Shown here piece by piece: positions 1 through 9,763 of a stretch of DNA of 64,000 bases. Both the position numbers and the translations under genes were made by a program. How positions within the stretch are numbered: position 1 is the stretch's first letter; each line of letters starts with the position of its first letter. Source of the stretch: Candidatus Omnitrophota bacterium (lineage in GTDB: Bacteria > Omnitrophota > Omnitrophia > Omnitrophales > Aquincolibacteriaceae); NCBI GenBank assembly GCA_022711115.1, contig JAKLFP010000003.1, positions 73,199 through 137,198 on the forward strand, in the 5' to 3' direction. The notes beneath the pieces were generated by a model, which had not been told where the DNA came from, searched no databases, and was given only the letters and a program-made list of their open reading frames with translations.

Positions 1-450
1 GTAATGAGTCCAGGAAAGCGGAAACTGAGATCCAATCTCTTGTAAGAGATATGGGAATTGGCTACGCAGCGCGTAGCCTTTTTCGAGAGCCACCTGGCTA
101 GACGGATGGAAACCCTCCCGCCGGTAGGTCAGATAGAATTGCCGTATGTTTTTAAGCTGCGGGAAACTGAGCCCGTTCCCGTATTTTTTCGTGAGTTCTT
201 TGGCAAGATTCCTTAAAGCCTCTTCTCCATAGGTTGCCCTTTCCCGTCCTTTCTGTTCATGCTCGACGATCCGCATCCCGACGAGCCAGTAGGTTGCGAT
301 TATGGCCGTGTTGATGTGCCGGACTGCCGCCTTTCTTCCTTCTTCGATCAAACCCGAGATATTTCGTAACAACTCGCCATAGTCCTTCGAGCGCACATCC
401 GAAGCATCTATTTTTGCTATGGCGGATTTTTCCTTTTCATTCATGGACAT
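1..450 (-). CDS. partial CDS (N-terminal part, runs off window): DUF1016/YhcG-like PDDEXK-nuclease-family protein
   Basis: Reverse-strand translation from ATG at 450 gives MSMNEKEKSAIAKIDASDVRSKDYGELLRNISGLIEEGRKAAVRHINTAIIATYWLVGMRIVEHEQKGRE...; this resembles the N-termini of DUF1016 proteins. It overlaps the stop of the upstream gene by 14 nt. Not in the ORF track because it is truncated by the window edge. Confidence 0.45.
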   Translation of the reverse strand, partial: MSMNEKEKSAIAKIDASDVRSKDYGELLRNISGLIEEGRKAAVRHINTAIIATYWLVGMRIVEHEQKGRERATYGEEALRNLAKELTKKYGNGLSFPQLKNIRQFYLTYRREGFHPSSQVALEKGYALRSQFPYLLQEIGSQFPLSWTHY

Positions 451-1255
451 CGTTTAGCCCCTCCCTGTCCAAGGTCTTGATACCTGCCTTCTCCGTAAAC
501 GCTTGGCCATTGCCCATGGCTATGAATCTTTGCGCTAATTCATAGGAATCCAGCGTCCCGATATCGAACCAGGTCCCGTCAAAATCCACCGCATAGAGCG
601 GCTCTTTCTCCGAGAGCCACGCGATGAAATCTCCGATCCTGTCCGGATTCAGTTTTTCGATTTCCAAGTATTCATAGACTCTCAGCCGGTAGGCTGCTGG
701 AAAGCAATAAACTCCAATCGATACCCTTGTCGATTTCGGATCCGCCGGTTTTTCCTCGAATCCGACGATCCGGTTGTGGCTATCCGTCAAAACAACGCCG
801 CACCCGGATGCAACGGCTTTTTCCTTCACGTCGTAAGTGCCGACGAATACGTTTTGCTTATGCCCCAGACACGGCAGCAGAAAATATCCGATCGGAAAAT
901 CGAAATAATTGTCCCCGCAGAAAACGACGAAATCATCGCCCCCGCAGAACCCCGATCTGAGAGCAAGATGAAGATCCCGTACCGCCCCGAACCTTTTCTC
1001 CGGATCGAACACGCCATCCCCAAGCAAATGGATCGGTTTCTTATAGCTTGAACGCTTCCGCCATTCATGGAAATCGAGGTAGAACCGGCCGTTCGTAACG
1101 ACAATCACTTCGCTGATGGCTTTCATCAACTCGAGTTTCTCGACGAGATGATCGAGAATGGTCTTCCCACCCAACTGCAAAAGCGCCTTCGGAATGTTCT
1201 TCGTCAGCGGATAAAGTCTTGTCCCGAACCCAGCCGCGAGAATAATGGCTTTCAT
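437..1255 (-). CDS. sugar-phosphate nucleotidyltransferase (NTP_transferase family)
   Basis: N-terminal MKAIILAAGFGTRLYPLT is the G-x-G-x-R-L signature of glucose-1-P nucleotidyltransferases. It lies 2 nt downstream of the HlyD-like gene. Confidence 0.7.
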   Translation of the reverse strand: MKAIILAAGFGTRLYPLTKNIPKALLQLGGKTILDHLVEKLELMKAISEVIVVTNGRFYLDFHEWRKRSSYKKPIHLLGDGVFDPEKRFGAVRDLHLALRSGFCGGDDFVVFCGDNYFDFPIGYFLLPCLGHKQNVFVGTYDVKEKAVASGCGVVLTDSHNRIVGFEEKPADPKSTRVSIGVYCFPAAYRLRVYEYLEIEKLNPDRIGDFIAWLSEKEPLYAVDFDGTWFDIGTLDSYELAQRFIAMGNGQAFTEKAGIKTLDREGLNDVHE

Positions 1256-1257
1256 AT

Positions 1258-2184
1258 TTAAAGGACCCCTTTTCGTTTGGATTGGATCTTGATATGCGCC
1301 CGCATCCCGTATTTCAAATCACGGGGCGTTTCGTGAAGCCGGATCTCGCAGGGAATGACGTGCTTCACTTTAAAAACTTTTTCGATTTCCTCGGTTGTCC
1401 TGGAAGCAATACGGGTTACTTCCCCTGAATAAGTCTTCCATGGAAATGCCCGGAATCGCGCCGTGGCTTTGTTCCCGACGCTGATTCCTTCGATGTCCGT
1501 CTCAAGGACCAAAAACTCGAGAAAGTAGGTCCCGGGATCGGCGATCTCTAGCACAAACTCCCCTTCCTTGACCGGACTTCCGACCGTATCCGAAGGATCG
1601 GTAAGAAGCGTCCCGTCGAATGGAGCCTTCAGCTCAAGGGTCTCAACCCTTGATTTGAGGTATTCAGTTTCCTTCTCCGTGGATTGGATCTCTTTTCCAA
1701 GCATGACAAGTTCCCGCGCAACATTTGCGGCATCGAGCTTTGCTTTCTCCAAAAGATCCACCCCGATCACCGAATTTTCCTGAAGGATCTGCTTTCTCGC
1801 TTTTTCCTTTTCATAGAACCCGGATTTTTCCTGAAGTGCCGCTTTATTTTCGTTCAGTTTTTCGAGGAGCAACTGAGCCTGGGCATACCTCTTTAAAAGT
1901 TCGCTATTTTCGAATTTGGCGATGATCTCACCGGCTTTGACGAATTCGCCCTTCTCATGAAGAAGTTCTTTCAACACCCCGGAGCTTGTAAGTCCCATCT
2001 TGGCAAAGCGGCGGGCCTGAAGAACGGCCTCCCCCTCCACGATCCCCCTCGGCCATAACAGAAATGCTGCGATCGCAACAGCCCCGATAATCAGCAGTAT
2101 CCGGCCAATTTCTTTTTTCTCCGGTTTCTCCTCGAAAAGTTTGGGTTCCTCGCTTGAAATATGCTCGTTCGTTTCGCTTGTCAT
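1258..2184 (-). CDS. HlyD-family membrane-fusion / periplasmic adaptor protein
   Basis: N-terminal TM helix, a long coiled-coil middle and a C-terminal beta domain (FDGTLL..GEFVLEIADPGTYFLEF), the typical HlyD architecture. It is adjacent to TolC-like and GT2 genes. Confidence 0.7.
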   Translation of the reverse strand: MTSETNEHISSEEPKLFEEKPEKKEIGRILLIIGAVAIAAFLLWPRGIVEGEAVLQARRFAKMGLTSSGVLKELLHEKGEFVKAGEIIAKFENSELLKRYAQAQLLLEKLNENKAALQEKSGFYEKEKARKQILQENSVIGVDLLEKAKLDAANVARELVMLGKEIQSTEKETEYLKSRVETLELKAPFDGTLLTDPSDTVGSPVKEGEFVLEIADPGTYFLEFLVLETDIEGISVGNKATARFRAFPWKTYSGEVTRIASRTTEEIEKVFKVKHVIPCEIRLHETPRDLKYGMRAHIKIQSKRKGVL

Positions 2185-2212
2185 AGGCTCCGGTCTCTCC
2201 TTTTTTTATGAT

Positions 2213-3796
2213 TTAAACGAAATTCCGCCATTTTTCCGGGATCCTCTGCGCCGTGAGATAAACGACGGGGATCGATAAAATCAAACTCAGAAAAATCGGC
2301 GTGGCCTGCCATACGAAATAGGGCGTCTGCTCAAAACAGAAATAGAGGCCAAAGAGGCCGAATACGGTCCCGCTCCATAAACTCGCCGCCGCGCTTTTCA
2401 GGTCGATCCCGGCAAAGGGATCTTTCATCATGGGTTTCCAGGCAAGTTTTCTCAAAGGGATGCTCAAAATATCGAGCGGCGCGTAAAGAAAATTATTAAG
2501 GGTAATGAGCGAAGACATCACAAGCTCATAGAAATAATCCTTAAAATCCCGGAGGGTCCTCAAAATCGTGACTTTGTGAAAAAAAACGACCCCGATACTG
2601 AAAAGAAGAATCCATTTGAGGATCGAGTTCGTGCACTCCCCGAACCAGATCGAATCGATCTCGAAATGGATGAGTTCTCCTGTCGGTTCCGAATGCGCCA
2701 GGATTCCGAGGATCACCCACACGAAAAAGACGAGATCCGAAAGATAGAGATAGATCCCGTAAAACGCCTGAAACCGGGCGGCAAGCCCGACCTTCTTGAA
2801 GATCAAAGGCCAGCCCTGAAGCGTTCCCTGCGCCCATCGTCTTGCCCGCGCACGCGCCTCGAGATAATTGGCAGGCGCTTCGTCATAGGCAAAAACATCC
2901 GGGCAGAAGACCACCCGCCAGCCCATCTGCCGCAAAAGAACCGTATCCCAGTTATCATGCGAGAGAAGACCTTTGGGAAGCCGGATCTGTCTTAAAGCAT
3001 CCGTCCGCGCAAGATGATGATGCCCGAATGAGATCGTTTCCCCGAAGATTGCCTGAAATGCGGTAAAACTGAATCTCTGAGCGAAATACGCTCCGATTCT
3101 TTCGAAGCGGGAGTACCAGGTTGCCGCATGTGCGATCCGGATCAGACATTGGAAAATGGCGATATCCTTGTTTTCCGGACATTCCGCTTTTCGAAGGAGC
3201 TTCAGAAGCGTCCCTTTGGGAACCATCCCGTCCGCATCGCATACATACAGATATTCATATTCCGGATGGGAATGCAGGAACTCGGCGATATTCCCCTGTT
3301 TTCTTTCGACCGGCCGCTCCCGTCTTCTGTAAAACACCCGGTCGGGATGAAGTTTCAGCAGTTTTGCCGTAAGGTTTTCTTCATAGGAGACGAAATCTTC
3401 GGAGGAATCCGATAGTATCCATAAATCCGTATTCGGAAGCTTGTTCCCCGAAAACGAATAATGGATCCGTTCGCTCATACCGTGCGGCTCGTTACGGACG
3501 GGATACACCATCGCGATCCGGGGAAAGCGTTGCACATAAGCTTCGTTCAAGACCGGCGGACGAATGAACGGCTGAGAAACGCTCAAAAGAAAGAGGTACG
3601 CCACATTAAAAAAGAGGAACCCGAACCCGGCCACCCAAATCAAACTAAGGAATCTCGTTTCCGGCGTGATCACAAGCGTCGATGAGACAAGGCAGGTTGC
3701 CGCGGTCGTGACGGCGAGAACGATCCCTAGAAAAATCCGCGTCCTTTTTTCCGGATCCAGCCAGTCATTGAGATAAAAATGCTCGATCGGCTTCAC
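2213..3796 (-). CDS. family-2 glycosyltransferase, OpgH/MdoH-like (glucan synthase-like)
   Basis: RVFYRRRERPVERKQGNIAEF...EYLYVCDADGMV...RRWAQGTLQ matches OpgH hallmark blocks (FYRRRxxNxxRKAGNIADF, DxD, RDRRWxQGN). Multiple TM helices C-terminal. It is shorter than E. coli OpgH and overlaps the TolC-like stop by 4 nt. Confidence 0.7.
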   Translation of the reverse strand: MKPIEHFYLNDWLDPEKRTRIFLGIVLAVTTAATCLVSSTLVITPETRFLSLIWVAGFGFLFFNVAYLFLLSVSQPFIRPPVLNEAYVQRFPRIAMVYPVRNEPHGMSERIHYSFSGNKLPNTDLWILSDSSEDFVSYEENLTAKLLKLHPDRVFYRRRERPVERKQGNIAEFLHSHPEYEYLYVCDADGMVPKGTLLKLLRKAECPENKDIAIFQCLIRIAHAATWYSRFERIGAYFAQRFSFTAFQAIFGETISFGHHHLARTDALRQIRLPKGLLSHDNWDTVLLRQMGWRVVFCPDVFAYDEAPANYLEARARARRWAQGTLQGWPLIFKKVGLAARFQAFYGIYLYLSDLVFFVWVILGILAHSEPTGELIHFEIDSIWFGECTNSILKWILLFSIGVVFFHKVTILRTLRDFKDYFYELVMSSLITLNNFLYAPLDILSIPLRKLAWKPMMKDPFAGIDLKSAAASLWSGTVFGLFGLYFCFEQTPYFVWQATPIFLSLILSIPVVYLTAQRIPEKWRNFV

Positions 3797-5175
3797 TGAC
3801 CGGTCTCCTCGTCCTTGGATTGAGCGCGCTCTTCGGTTTCTCCTAAGGCTGTCTCCCGTGTTTCGCCAAAGCCCGTTTTCCGGGCGAGTTTTACTACGAG
3901 GATCCTGTACTCGGTCACGGCATCGAGATATTGGATCTTCGCTTCTTCGAGTGCGATAAAAGAATCCGACAATTCTCCCGAGCCCTTCTCTCCCGCAATC
4001 AGCTTCGTCTTCTCGTTTTTGAAGATCTCCCGGCGTTCCCGAATCAATGTTTCCGCAAGCCGAATCTTTTCGCGTGCCGCGCGCGCCTCATGGAAAAACT
4101 TCTGGATCTCTTTTTCATGCTCCCGGACCTCGATCTCGCCCGCCCATTTCGTTTCCTCGATCTCGTAAGACTTCGCTTTGATCGCGTTCCCGAGCCGTCC
4201 GAAATCCCAGATATTCCAGGTCCCCTGGATTCCGACCATCGCGCGGTTGGTATCCGCATACACATCCCGGAACCGGTTCCACTTCGTCGTCAGACTGAGT
4301 TGCGGGAACCGGTCCGCTTGAAGTTCTTTTTTTTCGAAATTTTTTTCCTGAACTTTCAAGCCGCTCAGCCGGTAAACGGGGTCGTGCTTGCGCGCGGTCT
4401 CGAGATAAACGGAAACGCTTTTCTCGATCTCTTCGAAATCCGATAATGGTTCGAGATCCAGAGACTCTCCTTCCCCGATCCCGATAATTTCCCGAAGCAC
4501 ACCCGAGAGGTAGTCATAGGTTTCCTTATGCTTCACAAGCGCATGTTTCGCCGTCTCGAGAATGGTTTCCATCCGGAAAAGTTCATGCTGGGGAAGAACT
4601 TCCTTATCGACCAGTTGTTTGATGCGAGCATGCTCCGGCAAGAGTTCTTTCACCTCGCCCTGAGCAATACGCGTAAGCTCCCGCTCTTTGAGCGTCTCGG
4701 CATAAAGGACCCTCACCCCGAGTTCCACTTCAAGCTTTGCTTCTTCGAGCTTCACCTCCTCGCTTTCGAGACGCACTTTGCGCCTGCGTTTCCCCGCGAG
4801 GATCTTTCCGCCCTTGAAAAGAGGCTGCTCGATACCGGCATCGAGAAAGGTCACGGATTTCCTGTCGCCCGTCGCAACCGCCTGAAAAATCTCGCCCCCG
4901 AGTTTCGGGAGAAATTCGGCAATACTTCCCTTGTAAAGCGCCTCTTCCTTTTTCATCCTCGCAAAAGCCCTCTTTACCTCCGCCTGGTTTGTGAGGGCCC
5001 TCGCTACCGCTTCGTTCAGGCCGAGAAGCGAACCGAACTGCTCTTGGGGAAGGCTCTCCGGCACTTCAGCATGAAGGGAGTGCGTGCAAACTGCCGTAAA
5101 CACCACCGACAGAATGAAACATCCCGCAAACTTCATCCCTCGTTTTTCGAAAACACCATGATTATTTCCGGCCAT
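3793..5175 (-). CDS. TolC-family outer-membrane efflux protein
   Basis: Signal-peptide-like N-terminus and two repeated coiled-coil/beta halves typical of the outer-membrane-factor family. Start chosen at MAGNNHG (ATG preceded by AAAGGAGG); the ORF track starts 9 nt upstream. Confidence 0.7.
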   Translation of the reverse strand: MAGNNHGVFEKRGMKFAGCFILSVVFTAVCTHSLHAEVPESLPQEQFGSLLGLNEAVARALTNQAEVKRAFARMKKEEALYKGSIAEFLPKLGGEIFQAVATGDRKSVTFLDAGIEQPLFKGGKILAGKRRRKVRLESEEVKLEEAKLEVELGVRVLYAETLKERELTRIAQGEVKELLPEHARIKQLVDKEVLPQHELFRMETILETAKHALVKHKETYDYLSGVLREIIGIGEGESLDLEPLSDFEEIEKSVSVYLETARKHDPVYRLSGLKVQEKNFEKKELQADRFPQLSLTTKWNRFRDVYADTNRAMVGIQGTWNIWDFGRLGNAIKAKSYEIEETKWAGEIEVREHEKEIQKFFHEARAAREKIRLAETLIRERREIFKNEKTKLIAGEKGSGELSDSFIALEEAKIQYLDAVTEYRILVVKLARKTGFGETRETALGETEERAQSKDEETGQ

Positions 5176-5228
5176 TAGCTGCACTCCTCCTTTAAAAAAA
5201 ACGGGATTTTTCGAAAGACTCAGACGAA

Positions 5229-5483
5229 TCAGGCGGCCTGAAGTCTTTTCCGCAATTTCTCGAATCCTTCGAGAAACGCTTCCGGATTCTCGGGAAACGG
5301 GATTCCGCGCTTGGTAGGAAGCATGATGTCTTCGTACCTTCCTTTTTCGAAATACCGCATATCTCCGGCCTGTTTGCCGTCCACGTCCACGATCGCGAAC
5401 CGGAATTCCTGATTTTTCCCGACGGGTAACACGTGCACCATTTCCTTGGTTTTCGTTACTTTCTTTTTGTATTTTTCAACCAT
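5229..5483 (-). CDS. small PC4/YdbC-like putative ssDNA-binding protein
   Basis: 84 aa; EFRFAIVDVDGKQAGDMRYFEKGRY...LPTKRGIPFP resembles the bacterial PC4-like fold (YRVS..G..yVDlR.y....GelrPTKKGIsl). Good RBS (AAAGGAGCG). Two paralogues are at 18911 and 19580. Confidence 0.4.
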   Translation of the reverse strand: MVEKYKKKVTKTKEMVHVLPVGKNQEFRFAIVDVDGKQAGDMRYFEKGRYEDIMLPTKRGIPFPENPEAFLEGFEKLRKRLQAA

Positions 5484-5511
5484 GTTTAACGCTCCTTTTC
5501 TTTTTTTGGAT

Positions 5512-6477
5512 TTAAACCGCTTCGAGTAATATCACCTGGATGGGCGTATACGCCTCAACCGTCACAGAGGTATCGATCTTCGAGCTCCGGAGATCGCGAG
5601 CCGCTTCGTTCGAGAGATTTTGCGTGAGATTGAGGCGCATCTGATCTTCCAGGCTGTATGGATCGGTTTGTCTTCCGCCCGCAAACAATGAAACCCCCGC
5701 GATGAGGGATTCCCCAACCGCTTTCAGGACCTTTTTGTCCGTATGCTTGTCCACCTTTCCCCGGATCCCGGCGGACCCGTCCTCGGAAAGGGCAAGCGCC
5801 CGGATCCTGATTTCCCTGCCATCCGGGAAAATCAATAGATCGAAACGAACATTGATTCGGTCGACCGATTTCAGGACCGCGGCGTTCCCCAAGAACCGGG
5901 AATCCTTCGGGATCACGATCTTGTCCTGGAAACTGAAATCTTTGGGGAGAACGGCAGTTACCGGAGCCTCGACGTTGAACGAGAAAACGCGGTTCGATAA
6001 AAGCGCGGGGATCTTCGTGCCGGACGAGATCCCTAGTTTCGATTCCTGAGCGGGAATTCTTTCGACCTTGGGATCGTTTTCTTTTTCCGGTTTCTCCACG
6101 AAAACGGCGATGCCGGTGTCGAGCTTCCGCTTTCTTCTTTCGGGTCTGAAGCCCGCTTGAGGCGAGAGCGCCTGTTTCTTCCCCTTCACTGACGCATCGA
6201 TGGCCCGCTCCATCGATACGGCCGTCACAAGCACCCGTTTTTCATCTTGGGCTACTTGCGGCACGGTCGGTTTCTTCCCGGTTTTGGGATAGAAAAAGAA
6301 CAGGGCAAGCACAAAAATGGCAACCCCGGCGATTACGAACCATTTCGGATGTTTTTGAAATAGACTGCCGAGCGCGATCGTTTTTCGGGTTTTTTCCGCC
6401 GGATCGAAGAACTCCGGCTCCGGCGGTTTTGGCGTGTCCTTCACCTGTGTTGGATTCTTCTTTTTGGAGAGTTCCAT
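5512..6477 (-). CDS. virB10: T4SS VirB10/TrbI-like protein
   Basis: N-terminal cytoplasmic segment, one TM helix and a Pro-rich linker. The C-terminal block IPALLSNRV...IPKDSRFLG...RINVRFDLLIFPDGREI...GIRGKVDKHTDKKVLKAVGESLIAG follows the VirB10 C-domain pattern. ATG at 6477 overlaps the VirB9 stop (TGATG). Confidence 0.6.
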   Translation of the reverse strand: MELSKKKNPTQVKDTPKPPEPEFFDPAEKTRKTIALGSLFQKHPKWFVIAGVAIFVLALFFFYPKTGKKPTVPQVAQDEKRVLVTAVSMERAIDASVKGKKQALSPQAGFRPERRKRKLDTGIAVFVEKPEKENDPKVERIPAQESKLGISSGTKIPALLSNRVFSFNVEAPVTAVLPKDFSFQDKIVIPKDSRFLGNAAVLKSVDRINVRFDLLIFPDGREIRIRALALSEDGSAGIRGKVDKHTDKKVLKAVGESLIAGVSLFAGGRQTDPYSLEDQMRLNLTQNLSNEAARDLRSSKIDTSVTVEAYTPIQVILLEAV

Positions 6478-7487
6478 CAGGAGACCCACTCGAACCCTTT
6501 GATTTCGATATTGCGGGCGCTCCCCTCTGCCACGGTATCTTCCAAAATCCTGAAGACCGGTTTTTCGTTCTTTCCCAGAGCCCGGAAATCGAAGACAAGA
6601 ACGCCGTATTCGTAGACATCCGGATTGATGATCTTCGCCAGTTCAAGCTCTGACGGGATCTCGATCATTCCCGATTCTTTCTTAGAGAGGAACTTCTTTT
6701 CGTAGGTGATCGCACCCACCATCGCTTTAAGGAGTTTAAAGGGTGTTTTCGAGTAATTGAGGATCGAAAATCTGAGATAGGCCTTATCCGCCACTTGGGA
6801 AAGCGACAGGAGATTGACCTGCACCTCGCCTTTTCCTTCGGATTTTTTCAGTTCAATTGTCCGCACTCCGGTTGCGATTTTTTCTTTGAGTTTTTTCTCG
6901 GAGATCTTGTCCGCCGTTTCATCGAGTTTCTTTTCTTTGCCCTGATACGTTTTCTCGAGCTCCACTGTTTTCTCCTGGATTTTCTGATCGAACGCGTTTT
7001 TCACGAGCAGGTCGTCATCCTGGGGAAGCCTGAAATCGAGCACGAAATCCGCTGTCTCCGGAGGACCGACCGACACATCGAACGCAAGCCGGCCGGAACC
7101 CGTGACGATCACGAGGTTCGTTCGGGCGTCCGGCTCGTCGGTAATGGGTTTGATGAGGACCTGGCGCTCGTAAACCTCGACTTTGAAAAGTTCCTGGTCA
7201 CCCACGAACACTTTGAGCGCTTTTTCGGGCAAATCGATGGTGGAGATGTAGCCGAGGGCCGTCTGGAGCCTGAAAGCGACGGTCGAGCGCATCGTAACTT
7301 TGTAGATATTCCGGGTCGATCGCTTCAGTTTATTGAAATCCCGGCGCGTTTTAAGCGCGTCCGGCTGGGCGTTAGCGCCCGCAGGCTTCGTCTCCGGCGT
7401 CAAATCGGGATCGTCCGCGAAAGCGGGACCCGCAACCAGGAGCAGCAACAGAAGAACGGACTGGATTTTGAGATTGATGGGCTTCAC
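6477..7487 (-). CDS. virB9: T4SS VirB9/TrbG-like protein
   Basis: Signal peptide; N-domain VFVGDQELFKVEV..QVLIKP....NLVIVTGSGRLAFDV resembles the VirB9/CagX N-domain; C-terminal beta-sandwich-like. 4-nt ATGA overlap with upstream VirB8-like gene. Confidence 0.6.
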   Translation of the reverse strand: MKPINLKIQSVLLLLLLVAGPAFADDPDLTPETKPAGANAQPDALKTRRDFNKLKRSTRNIYKVTMRSTVAFRLQTALGYISTIDLPEKALKVFVGDQELFKVEVYERQVLIKPITDEPDARTNLVIVTGSGRLAFDVSVGPPETADFVLDFRLPQDDDLLVKNAFDQKIQEKTVELEKTYQGKEKKLDETADKISEKKLKEKIATGVRTIELKKSEGKGEVQVNLLSLSQVADKAYLRFSILNYSKTPFKLLKAMVGAITYEKKFLSKKESGMIEIPSELELAKIINPDVYEYGVLVFDFRALGKNEKPVFRILEDTVAEGSARNIEIKGFEWVS

Positions 7488-8149
7488 GGTTTATTGACCT
7501 CCTCTAATTTATTGAGCAGGATCTCACGGTACTGCTCGACTAAAAGACCCCAGGGAATTTCCTGGGTTCGTGGAAATTTTTTGAGGACAAGCTCCGCCTT
7601 AAAAAGGCTCGACTCCCGGTAATCCGGGTTTTTGTAGCTCATGAGCGTTCTGACCCCGATCAAGGACACCCTGAGATACTCGGGTGTCTGGCGTTCGATC
7701 GTTTCTTCCTTGAATTCGATTAGGGCATGCAGCCCGGCTTCTTCCACCCGGGCAAGAAGCCCGGACTCGATAAGTTCCTTTTGCGCGGTCTTTTGATAAC
7801 GCGAGGTCATGAAATTCATGGCTTCCGCCATGTCCCTGGAAAGCGTGTACGCGTTGTACTCGGCATAGCGTTTTACGAAGGCCTTCGCAAAATAGAAGAT
7901 CTCGGGATCGGTCGGAGCGTTGTTGATTTTGATGTCCCGGATCGTTTCCGCTTGCCCGACTTCCGTGACCCGGATCACGACCGGGGGACGCTTCGCCAGC
8001 ACGAAGGCCCCGGCCAGAGCAAAAAAGAGAAGCGTAAACAAAATGAGACTCGTGAGTTTCAGAAATTCCGTCTCCATCTCGAGATCGCCAAACACCTCGT
8101 AGTAACGTCTTTTCATTTTTCCCAATCTTTCTTCAAATCGTGTTTTCAT
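7484..8149 (-). CDS. T4SS VirB8-like bitopic protein
   Basis: ~220 aa with a single N-terminal TM helix and Tyr/Phe-rich NTF2-like C-domain. Its position between the VirB6-like and VirB9-like genes matches canonical order. Confidence 0.45.
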   Translation of the reverse strand: MKTRFEERLGKMKRRYYEVFGDLEMETEFLKLTSLILFTLLFFALAGAFVLAKRPPVVIRVTEVGQAETIRDIKINNAPTDPEIFYFAKAFVKRYAEYNAYTLSRDMAEAMNFMTSRYQKTAQKELIESGLLARVEEAGLHALIEFKEETIERQTPEYLRVSLIGVRTLMSYKNPDYRESSLFKAELVLKKFPRTQEIPWGLLVEQYREILLNKLEEVNKP

Positions 8150-8153
8150 GCGT

Positions 8154-8954
8154 TTATCTCCGACCCGGTTTTATATGTTTCGCAAGAAATGCCGTCACGG
8201 CGCCGAGCGCAATCGAGCCGACGCCGCCGAGGCTTCCCGCTCCGGACACGACCTGCCTCGAAATAAGCGGGACAAGAATAAAAAGAACGATGAACAGGAT
8301 ATTCGCCGCAAAAACGGAGAGGCTATTGGAATCCTGCGCGAAATAAATCGCGGTCAGGTTCATCGTGGAAATCACTTTGAGAAGGATCGCGAGAAGCACC
8401 TGCCAGCTCGAGACCTCGATCACGCTCTTCACCCAGAATCCGAGGCCCTGTGCCGCGCGGTGATAAACCCCGGCCCCGATCACGATAGGCCCGAGGATAT
8501 AGAGCGTGGCGAGCAGGATGAACTGAAGCCACCGAAGGACCGACAGAACCGCGAGCGCAAAGTGATAGGTCAGGGTGTTCATCCCGCGAAGCAGGGACTG
8601 GAAGCTGAAAAATCCCATGTCTTTGTTATCCCGGATCTCGTGAAAAATCGATTGGATCGTTTCTTCGTATTGCTCCTTCGAAAAAATCGAGTCCCCCAAG
8701 AGACGCAGGGCGTGGACGATCCAGACGAAAAACCGCTCGTAAAGAACCAAAAGACTCACCACGAGAACGATGCGGATAAAAAGTCCCGCATAATCCGACT
8801 CCCCCTTCATCCCCTGGATATTTTCATGCAGGATGGCGACGACGAGCATGATCGAGAAAAGCACGAATCCGATCCTTGCCGTGGTCTCATAATCCGAAGC
8901 GAAAAGACTCGGGATCTGAAGAGGGTTCGTGGTGATAGCGCCTCCGCTAAACAT
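8154..8954 (-). CDS. T4SS VirB6/TrbL-like polytopic membrane protein
   Basis: At least 5 predicted TM helices, size and position typical of VirB6/TrbL. Confidence 0.5.
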   Translation of the reverse strand: MFSGGAITTNPLQIPSLFASDYETTARIGFVLFSIMLVVAILHENIQGMKGESDYAGLFIRIVLVVSLLVLYERFFVWIVHALRLLGDSIFSKEQYEETIQSIFHEIRDNKDMGFFSFQSLLRGMNTLTYHFALAVLSVLRWLQFILLATLYILGPIVIGAGVYHRAAQGLGFWVKSVIEVSSWQVLLAILLKVISTMNLTAIYFAQDSNSLSVFAANILFIVLFILVPLISRQVVSGAGSLGGVGSIALGAVTAFLAKHIKPGRR

Positions 8955-8995
8955 GCTCTTCCTTTTTTCGCACGGGTTCCCACTCCCTTTTGGAT

Positions 8996-9763
8996 TTATG
9001 AATTGATGCTTGCAAAGTGATCCTCCATAAATTGATTGGCGTCCTGCAAATACCGGATTCGTTCCGATTCCGCTTCTTTTTCGCGGCGAGTGACCTGCTC
9101 GATTTGGGTGGCATTAAGTTCGATGAGTTTCGCGACCGCTTCCTGATTCTGCTGCCCGAGGATCATGAGCTGGGCGACCCCCTGGGCCTGAAGTTTTGCG
9201 GCTCCTTTCGGGCTTGCGGTTTGCGCCTGCTCCGCGATCGAGTTTGCACTGTCGCGGGTGTTTCCCCCGGCTTCGCGGATCTGACGCGCCAGATCGAACG
9301 CGTCCACGACCATCATTTCCTCAAACGGGATATAAGGCCGTTGATTTCCCTCGGGGATCTGGCCCGTGACCTTTTCCAGAGCCTGCCGGATATCTGCGGG
9401 CCCGTTTCCGCCCTCCAGGATCTCGATCTGAGGAGTAATGAGTCCCGTATCTAAAAATGCGTCCCTGAGCCCCGTCTTTCCTTTTCCCAAGAGATTCCCA
9501 AGAGGCTCTCCGATCACCGAATTCAGGATCTCATCCAACCCTGCATGGAACCGGAAAATCTCAAGCGTTTGGGTCCGGAGCTCGTTTAACTGATCGATCA
9601 CCACCGCGATATTCTGGGCAAATTGGGATTCCATAAGCGAGTTCCGGAGTTGATTGAGAAAAGCATTCGCGGCATCGAAAGTCGGAAGGTCGGCATGAGA
9701 CGACGGAATCCACGCCATGCCCAAAAGCAGGATAAACGCCAGAATCCTCAAGTGTTTCTTCAT
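8996..9763 (-). CDS. T4SS VirB5/TrbJ-like secreted protein
   Basis: Signal peptide, ~250 aa, coiled-coil Q/E-rich, positioned between VirB4 and VirB6. 4-nt overlap with VirB4. Confidence 0.4.
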   Translation of the reverse strand: MKKHLRILAFILLLGMAWIPSSHADLPTFDAANAFLNQLRNSLMESQFAQNIAVVIDQLNELRTQTLEIFRFHAGLDEILNSVIGEPLGNLLGKGKTGLRDAFLDTGLITPQIEILEGGNGPADIRQALEKVTGQIPEGNQRPYIPFEEMMVVDAFDLARQIREAGGNTRDSANSIAEQAQTASPKGAAKLQAQGVAQLMILGQQNQEAVAKLIELNATQIEQVTRREKEAESERIRYLQDANQFMEDHFASINS

